From NCBI GenBank assembly GCA_027031565.1, contig JALVPX010000082.1, forward strand, positions 1-43,599: 43,599 nt of DNA, read 5' to 3'. The translations under genes were made by a program, and so were the position numbers. This document shows positions 37,841-43,599 of the stretch, one piece after another (the stretch's first letter is position 1; every line of letters starts with the position of its first letter). Source of the DNA: Deltaproteobacteria bacterium (lineage in GTDB: Bacteria > Desulfobacterota > Dissulfuribacteria > Dissulfuribacterales > JALVPX01). Below the pieces are notes generated by a model that had not been told where the DNA came from, made no database searches, and saw only the letters and a list, made by a program, of their open reading frames with translations.

Positions 37841-37855
37841 GGCCTTCTCTCCCTG

Positions 37856-38638
37856 TTAGACTAAATAAAATACACACGGATGGGTACCAAGCTCCGGTTT
37901 GCGCCTGATACTCACGTTGCTCCTCAACACGCGCCTTACATTTGATTCTGGATCGTGCAAGTTCCCAAAAAGCAAGGCGCCACAATGGCATGCCTCAACG
38001 CAGGCAGGCTGCAGGCCCTTTGCCAATCTTTCCACACAGAAATTGCACTTTTCCACTACGCCCTTCATGCGCGTTGGAAATTCATTATTGATTTCCTTGA
38101 TATAAGGTCTGGGATTTATCCAATTGAGGTTACGTGAGCCATAGGGGCAAGCCGCCATGCAGAAGCGGCATCCGATACAGCGGTGATAATCCATGGCCAC
38201 TATCCCGTCTGGCCTTTTAAATGTAGCCTTGGTAGGACAAACCCTCACGCATGGCGGATGGTCACAATGATTACACATCAAGATGAACGGGGTCTCCTTC
38301 AGCTCATCCGGCATATACTCATTGTGGGAATCTGGAAAAGCGTGCTCATATTCCTCTTTCCAAATCCATTTGACCTCACGCTTGGGATTGTCAATTACGG
38401 GTATATTGTGAACCAGCCTGCAAGCGTCGATACACTTGGTACAGCCTTTTTCGTCTTTGCACCTGCGCATATCAACTACCATAGCCCACCGGGTGGCTGC
38501 CTTCTCAACATGCTCAGCTGCAGCATGGCCATGCGCGGCATCTACCTCACCAGGCTGGAGCACTTCCCAGGCCCCGCTTGATACTCCCAGGGCAGAAAGC
38601 CCTACTATTTTTAAGAATGACCTTCTGTCGATGCCCAT
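37856..38638 (-). CDS. dsrO: DsrO, periplasmic Fe-S ferredoxin-like subunit
   Basis: Tat signal MGIDRRSFLKIVGLSALG and several 4Fe-4S cysteine clusters (CIGCRFCMAACP, CNFCVERL...). Start taken at the ATG giving MGIDRRSF. The track ORF is 13 codons longer. Confidence 0.9.
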   Translation of the reverse strand: MGIDRRSFLKIVGLSALGVSSGAWEVLQPGEVDAAHGHAAAEHVEKAATRWAMVVDMRRCKDEKGCTKCIDACRLVHNIPVIDNPKREVKWIWKEEYEHAFPDSHNEYMPDELKETPFILMCNHCDHPPCVRVCPTKATFKRPDGIVAMDYHRCIGCRFCMAACPYGSRNLNWINPRPYIKEINNEFPTRMKGVVEKCNFCVERLAKGLQPACVEACHCGALLFGNLHDPESNVRRVLRSNVSIRRKPELGTHPCVFYLV

Positions 38639-39033
38639 GTCTTTCTCCCTTCGGGTATGAAATGGCAATCCCAACAATATGGTTTTATGTCTGTGTAATT
38701 ATGGCACGTGTCACAAAACTCCTTTTTGTTGGAGTGACATTTCATACAGGTGTTTTGGAGACTTATGTAAATTTTTTCGCCTTTTTTATTGATGTATCTC
38801 CTTTCGCCCTTTCTCAAGGCCCGATCGCGCCATTCATTCAACAGCTGCATATGCGTAGAGCGCATGAATTGGCGGCTCTCTACACACTCTTTCTTCTCCA
38901 ATTGCTGTATCGCAGGTGTATCAAGCTTTGGAGACGGCTTAGGCGCTGCCTTACCCTTGTTGAGCCATATCGGAGATGTAACAAGTCCTACAAATATGGC
39001 CAGCCCGACTATGATCTTGCCTGTATCATACAT
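38611..39033 (-). CDS. dsrJ: DsrJ, trihaem cytochrome c
   Basis: 140 aa. N-terminal anchor and three CxxCH sites (CMKCH, CDTCH, CWDCH). Confidence 0.92.
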   Translation of the reverse strand: MYDTGKIIVGLAIFVGLVTSPIWLNKGKAAPKPSPKLDTPAIQQLEKKECVESRQFMRSTHMQLLNEWRDRALRKGERRYINKKGEKIYISLQNTCMKCHSNKKEFCDTCHNYTDIKPYCWDCHFIPEGRKTWASTEGHS

Positions 39034-40657
39034 CTTCCTGAGCCTCCTCTTCTTTTGGGGCCCTGCCCGGGATTTCTTCGCCGCGGAGGTTTACGCTTCT
39101 TTCATTTTCACCCTCCATGATCAAGGCGTTTGCTACCAATTCGGATACACCGGCAACGTCGACTCCTGGAACCCAATATTCCATGGAAGCGGGCAAAACA
39201 GCCCTGTCTATGGCGCATACACAAGCCAGCGTGTTCACCCCATATTTGTTGTGCACATGTTTGACGGCGTTGGCCCTAGGCAAGCCGCCTCTCATGCGCA
39301 GCTCCATGTTTTCCCCGGCATTGAGTCCCGAACCGCTGCCGCAGCAGAAGGTCTCCTCTCGTATGGTATTTTCTGGCATTTCATAAAAGTGATTGCACAC
39401 GTTCTTTATGACGTAACGGGGTTCCTCCAGCATTCCCATGCCCCTGCTGGGGTTGCATGAATCATGGTAAGTGACCTTCAGGTGATCATTTCTGCTTGGA
39501 TCGAGCTTTAGCTTTCCATGCTTTATAAGGTCTGCCGTAAACTCGCTGATATGCACCATTTTGAGAGACTTTGCATTCTCAAACTTGGTACCGGTAATAG
39601 GGGATATAGGCTCTTCCAAGGAATCTACCGGTTTCTGGAATGTGTTCATGTATTGGTGGATCACCCGCCACATGTGGCCGCACTCGCCGCCCAATATCCA
39701 TTTTACGCCGAGCCTTTCAGCCTCGTGATATATTTTTGCATTGAGCCTTTGGGCCATTTCCAATGAAGTGAAGAACCCAAAATTTCCGCCCTCGCATGCA
39801 TAGGTGCTCCAGGTGTAGTCAAGGCCGATGTGTTCAAAGAGCATCAAATAGCCCATGAGGGTATAAATCCCAGGCTCAGCAAAGACGTCACCGGAAGGCG
39901 TCACAAATAGGATCTCTGCGCCCTTCCTGTTGAAGGTAGGCTCGATCTTGATTCCCACAAATTCTTCAATATCATCGCATAAAAATTCTATATTCTGCTT
40001 GAAGGTGTGGGGCAAAAGGCCCAGGTGATTGCCTGTGTTGTAGCAGTTGCATACTGGCTCTTGGATCCAGTTGATGTTAAGGCCGAAGAGGTTTATCAGC
40101 TCACGGCCCAGTATTGTGATCTCGGCCGTATCGATGCCGTAAGGGCAGAAAAGCGAACAGCGCCTGCATTCTGTGCACTGAAACAAGTAGTACCATATCT
40201 CCTTCAGCACAGGCATGGTCAATTTTCTCGCCCCGGCCAGCCTTCCAAGGATCTGTCCTGCCTTGGTGAATTCTCCGCGATAGACTGAGCGCAGCAGCTC
40301 GGCCCTTACCACCGGCATGTTCTTGGGATCACCTGATCCAATAAAGAAGTGGCACTTGTCGGCACAAGCTCCGCAACGAACACATATGTCCATAAAGATC
40401 TTGAAGGTACGATGCTTGTCCAGCCTCTCCCTGAAGCCTTCAAGAAAGATCTCTTTCCAATTTTCCGGAAGACCCCAATCCTCCTCCACCGGGGACCACT
40501 TGTGCGCATTCGGCATATCAACGCATTCGATCTTCTCCGGCTTGGCTGGATAACAATATATGCCCTCTTTGATGTTGACGGGTATATCCATCCAGTCCTG
40601 CTTGGGAGGACGGAGATCAATCCTAAGAGTTTCCTGGGGTGTCAGTTCCTTTGCCAT
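39026..40657 (-). CDS. dsrK: DsrK, HdrD-like catalytic Fe-S subunit
   Basis: 543 aa. CVRCGACADKCHFF and CTECRRCSLFCP ferredoxin motifs plus CCG-type cysteines (FCCGSGSG). The N-terminus closely resembles Desulfovibrio DsrK as I remember it. Confidence 0.93.
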   Translation of the reverse strand: MAKELTPQETLRIDLRPPKQDWMDIPVNIKEGIYCYPAKPEKIECVDMPNAHKWSPVEEDWGLPENWKEIFLEGFRERLDKHRTFKIFMDICVRCGACADKCHFFIGSGDPKNMPVVRAELLRSVYRGEFTKAGQILGRLAGARKLTMPVLKEIWYYLFQCTECRRCSLFCPYGIDTAEITILGRELINLFGLNINWIQEPVCNCYNTGNHLGLLPHTFKQNIEFLCDDIEEFVGIKIEPTFNRKGAEILFVTPSGDVFAEPGIYTLMGYLMLFEHIGLDYTWSTYACEGGNFGFFTSLEMAQRLNAKIYHEAERLGVKWILGGECGHMWRVIHQYMNTFQKPVDSLEEPISPITGTKFENAKSLKMVHISEFTADLIKHGKLKLDPSRNDHLKVTYHDSCNPSRGMGMLEEPRYVIKNVCNHFYEMPENTIREETFCCGSGSGLNAGENMELRMRGGLPRANAVKHVHNKYGVNTLACVCAIDRAVLPASMEYWVPGVDVAGVSELVANALIMEGENERSVNLRGEEIPGRAPKEEEAQEDV

Positions 40658-40658
40658 A

Positions 40659-41648
40659 TTACTCCCTCTCTACAGGTATTCCGGCCTCTTTCATCAAATC
40701 CCTGTATTCCTCTTCATATTCCTCGTAAGTATGGAACTTAGGCGGTGTCCACCAGGGATTGACATGTCTCTTCATGCGCGTGTTGTTGACCAGGTTCCTT
40801 GTGGGACTCATGAACACGCCCCCCATGTGCATCAACTTGCTGAATGGGAAATAGGCCAACAAGGCGCTAACGAGCAACACGTGTATAAAAAACATGGCTC
40901 CAATGCCGTCAGGCAGCGTGGGGTGAAAACTCGCCAGCCCTAAGACCAGCTCTTTTACCCCAACAATGTCCACCCGGAACAAAAATCTCATCAAGATGCC
41001 GGTGGTTGCGATGGCGATTATGAGAAAAAGAGGAAAGTAGTCATTTGCCAAGGAAATGTACCTGATACGGGGTGCAAAGAAGCGCCTTCCCAAAAGTATG
41101 GCAAGCCCCGTAAGGAGCATCACCTCGCTCAAATACATATGGGGTGCACCAATCTGGAGCATGCCATCTATATTCTCTATGGTTTTCACAAACTCGGGTG
41201 TCGGCTGCACGAAAAAACGCAGGTGCCTCAAGGCAATAACCAAAAAACTGTAATGAAACATCAAGGCGCCGAGCCACAGCCATTTTGAAGGCCCATAAAT
41301 GAGATTTCCACCGCGCAGTTCTGCCCTCGTGTGCCTGAACAAGGACCTGAAGGCAAAAACCTCGAGGAACATCCTTACCAGGACCTCCCACAACTTTACA
41401 GGATTATCAAACCTGTTTCGCTTAATCCAGGGGAAGGAATATTCCTGCCCTGCAGTCGTTGGAATGCGGAATGGAACCGGCGATTTACCCCAGTACACCA
41501 CCCGCCAGATAAAGCCCCCTATGAAAATTGCAAATGCTGCATAAGGAACCAGGATTCCAAGCAAATATTGCAGGGGACCTACCTGAGCCCCAATCAAGGC
41601 AATCACGACTATTGCCAAAACTGCACCAAGGGAGACAAGGATAGCCAT
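40659..41648 (-). CDS. dsrM: DsrM, NarI-like membrane dihaem cytochrome b
   Basis: 329 aa, polytopic, NarI-gamma-like. First gene of the dsrMKJOP order. Confidence 0.9.
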   Translation of the reverse strand: MAILVSLGAVLAIVVIALIGAQVGPLQYLLGILVPYAAFAIFIGGFIWRVVYWGKSPVPFRIPTTAGQEYSFPWIKRNRFDNPVKLWEVLVRMFLEVFAFRSLFRHTRAELRGGNLIYGPSKWLWLGALMFHYSFLVIALRHLRFFVQPTPEFVKTIENIDGMLQIGAPHMYLSEVMLLTGLAILLGRRFFAPRIRYISLANDYFPLFLIIAIATTGILMRFLFRVDIVGVKELVLGLASFHPTLPDGIGAMFFIHVLLVSALLAYFPFSKLMHMGGVFMSPTRNLVNNTRMKRHVNPWWTPPKFHTYEEYEEEYRDLMKEAGIPVERE

Positions 41649-41668
41649 AAGTTACCTCACTCTACTAA

Positions 41669-42247
41669 TTAATTTTCCTGCGGTCTTATGTCCGTAAACT
41701 GTTCCACTTCCCCGCGCTTCTGACGGTGCTTCAAGCCCCGGCGAAGCATATATGAAAGACACATCTGGCCTTCGGCAAATATCGGCCTCTTTTTGAAATC
41801 ATTTAGCTTGATTTCCCAAATCCTTTCTCTGCAGGCCATATAAACATCGAATGCCATCAAGGCCATACGGTCCACTTTTGCATCAAAAATGAACAACTCC
41901 TCATAAATTTCCGGCCCCATCTCCTTTGATGGAATGACCTTTCTTACAACATCCTTCAAAACCACAAATATTCCTATTGCCTGAGAAGGAATAAAGTCCT
42001 GAACTGCGCGTATCCTGATGATTTCATCAAGGCATTGCCTAATCTTTTCTTGATCAAAATCACCAACTATTTCGTCGAAAAGCGGGCCAATTGCCTCTTT
42101 AAAGGCAGAACCTACCGGATTATCAAATTTATTCCTTTTATTTTCAAGAAATTGGGCGGTTTTTGGATGATAAGTGGAAAAAAGCGTGTTCAACCACATC
42201 TCTACGATGCTATCTCGTTTTTTTTCTATGATATCATTCAGTGCCAC
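41669..42247 (-). CDS. RsbRD_N-domain protein encoded upstream of dsrM
   Basis: 192 aa, soluble and helical. SIVEMWLNTLFSTYHPKTAQFL...FDNPVG resembles the RsbRD N-terminal domain family that commonly precedes dsrMKJOP. GTG start behind GGAGAGG. Confidence 0.65.
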   Translation of the reverse strand: MALNDIIEKKRDSIVEMWLNTLFSTYHPKTAQFLENKRNKFDNPVGSAFKEAIGPLFDEIVGDFDQEKIRQCLDEIIRIRAVQDFIPSQAIGIFVVLKDVVRKVIPSKEMGPEIYEELFIFDAKVDRMALMAFDVYMACRERIWEIKLNDFKKRPIFAEGQMCLSYMLRRGLKHRQKRGEVEQFTDIRPQEN

Positions 42248-42333
42248 TTACCGCCTCTCCCCGTGACGATTGTCTTGACTCAGAATATATTGTAAACCAG
42301 CGCTTGTGAATAATGATTCATTTTATGGAGCTA

Positions 42334-42362
42334 TCTTATAGATAAAACCTCAATCCATGTCA
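42334..42362 (-). promoter_or_regulatory. candidate sigma70 promoter for the RsbRD_N-dsrMKJOP operon
   Basis: On the minus strand: TGGACA, 17 nt spacer, TATAAG, about 85 nt upstream of the GTG start. Confidence 0.3.
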
Positions 42363-42378
42363 AGGAGAAATTGAAGGT

Positions 42379-43599
42379 TTGAAAATAGTATTGGTTCATC
42401 CCTATTGTCTGGAGGAACGACTGAGTGACTATGATATAAAAATTGTCCCTATCGGGCTCTACTATATAGGCGCTCTTTTGCGTCGCGAAGGCTATGATGT
42501 TGAGATTATTAATTTATACGATTTTAAGGGAAAAAGTGACGAAATACGTGATATTCTCGAAGAGAAGCGACCAGATATCCTGGGATTATCTGTTTTACAG
42601 GCCAACAGGCTGGGAGCAGCCGAAATAGCCAGCATTGCAAAATCATGCCTGCCTGATGTCAAGGTAGTCTTCGGGGGCGTTGCTGCCACCTATTTGTGGA
42701 AACATTTTCTCAAACACTATGGCCAGATCGATTATGTGGTGGTGGGCGAAGGGGAGCAGACATTCCTTGAGCTGACAAAGCGCCTCGAAAGGTGCCAGGG
42801 GCTTAAGGGCCTCAGTGGCTTGGCGTGGCGCAACGGCAATGAGCCGGTATTCAACGGCCCCAGGCCTTTTATAGAGCATATCGACTCCCTTCCCAATCCA
42901 GCAAAATATTTTGAATTTCAACACGTTGTCTCTTCCCGTGGCTGCCCCTGGAATTGCACCTTTTGCGGATCACCCAAATTCTGGAAACGCCTGGTGAGGT
43001 TCCATTCGCCCGGCTATTTCGTGGATCAGCTGGAGCTTTTGTCGAAAAAGGGGGTAGGCCATTTCTATGTATCAGATGATACATTTACCTTGAAAAAAAC
43101 AAGGGTAATTGAAATCTGCAGAGAAATTCTTGAGCGAAAACTGGACATAACGTGGGTTGCAATATCGAGGGTGAACCTCGTGGACGATGAGATTCTCTAT
43201 TGGATGAGAAGGGCAGGGTGCACCCAGATCAGCTACGGGGTTGAAAGCGGTTCCAAGGAAATCCGCAAAGTGTTCAACAAGGATATCAAAGAGAGCGAAA
43301 TAAAATCTGCCTTCAAGGCCACAACCAGAATGGGAATACTGCCCAGGGCCTATTTCATTTATGGATCCCCAGGAGAAAACAAGGCTACCATCAAGGCTTC
43401 CATAAAACTTATCGAGGAAATAAGGCCTCTCAGCTGTGTGTTTTATGTCCTGGATCTCTTCCCCGGCACGGAGCTGTATGAAAATTTCAAAAAGAGATTT
43501 AATGTGCCTGATGACCTGTGGCTTAAGCCCATAGAGGATATCATGTATTTTGAAACAGATCCGGGCCTGACAGAAAGGGATATAATGCAATTTGGAAAG
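42379..43599 (+). CDS. B12-binding-domain radical SAM protein, N-terminal 407 codons (runs off right edge)
   Basis: Absent from the ORF track because it has no stop in the window. The frame is open from 42316 to the end of the window. TTG at 42379 lies 10 nt after AAGGAGA. B12-binding-like N-domain (KIVLVHP...DILGLSV...VVFGG), then radical SAM CPWNCTFC and a GVESGS motif. Confidence 0.85.
   Translation, partial: MKIVLVHPYCLEERLSDYDIKIVPIGLYYIGALLRREGYDVEIINLYDFKGKSDEIRDILEEKRPDILGLSVLQANRLGAAEIASIAKSCLPDVKVVFGGVAATYLWKHFLKHYGQIDYVVVGEGEQTFLELTKRLERCQGLKGLSGLAWRNGNEPVFNGPRPFIEHIDSLPNPAKYFEFQHVVSSRGCPWNCTFCGSPKFWKRLVRFHSPGYFVDQLELLSKKGVGHFYVSDDTFTLKKTRVIEICREILERKLDITWVAISRVNLVDDEILYWMRRAGCTQISYGVESGSKEIRKVFNKDIKESEIKSAFKATTRMGILPRAYFIYGSPGENKATIKASIKLIEEIRPLSCVFYVLDLFPGTELYENFKKRFNVPDDLWLKPIEDIMYFETDPGLTERDIMQFGK

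Noticed and set aside
1-43599. Scan for CRISPR arrays, rRNA/tRNA genes, IS elements, integrases, toxin-antitoxin pairs or known defence-system gene combinations
   Set aside because: There are no regularly spaced direct repeats outside the intragenic 69 bp repeats. I found no transposase or integrase-like ORFs and no cloverleaf-capable intergenic segment. All gaps are under 300 nt. The region reads as core chromosome.

Overview
This 43.6 kb window is a densely packed, mostly housekeeping chromosomal segment. It looks like a sulfate-reducing Desulfobacterota genome, because it carries a complete dsrMKJOP operon preceded by an RsbRD_N-type gene.

Gene order, left to right:
- Minus-strand cluster: nrdR-ribD-ribE-ribBA-ribH-nusB-leuS, plus a left-edge lptE-like fragment.
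- Four-gene MCE/Mla-type lipid transporter on the minus strand: STAS-MlaE fusion, MlaF, MlaD and a PqiC-like lipoprotein.
- comM/yifB.
- A poorly characterised stretch: TraB/GumN-like protein, DUF4332 protein, a repeat-rich peptidoglycan-binding lipoprotein and an 816 aa HerA/FtsK-type ATPase.
- hom, an ApgM-like gene that is probably the non-canonical homoserine kinase, and a YbgC-like thioesterase, followed by dnaG-rpoD.
- An orphan GspE/PilB-family ATPase.
- A tightly coupled plus-strand operon: prmA, rsmE, a CxxCxxCC protein, queH, DUF2905, a Rieske protein and cytochrome b.
- A PEP-CTERM-like secreted protein.
- Minus-strand alr-tatB-tatC-sirC-ccsA/hemX-like-hemA.
- dsrMKJOP.
- A right-edge B12-binding radical SAM gene.

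I saw no rRNA, tRNA, CRISPR array, IS element or prophage signature.

The observations I consider most worth following up:
- A compact Rieske/cytochrome b pair with no c-type cytochrome, translationally coupled to queH and a DUF2905 peptide.
- A small double-CxxCG zinc-ribbon ORF with an in-frame TGA in the alr/dsrP gap.
- The eight-fold repeat lipoprotein.
- The solitary HerA-like ATPase.

All functional calls rest on motifs I recognised by eye and on synteny. No database search was run.
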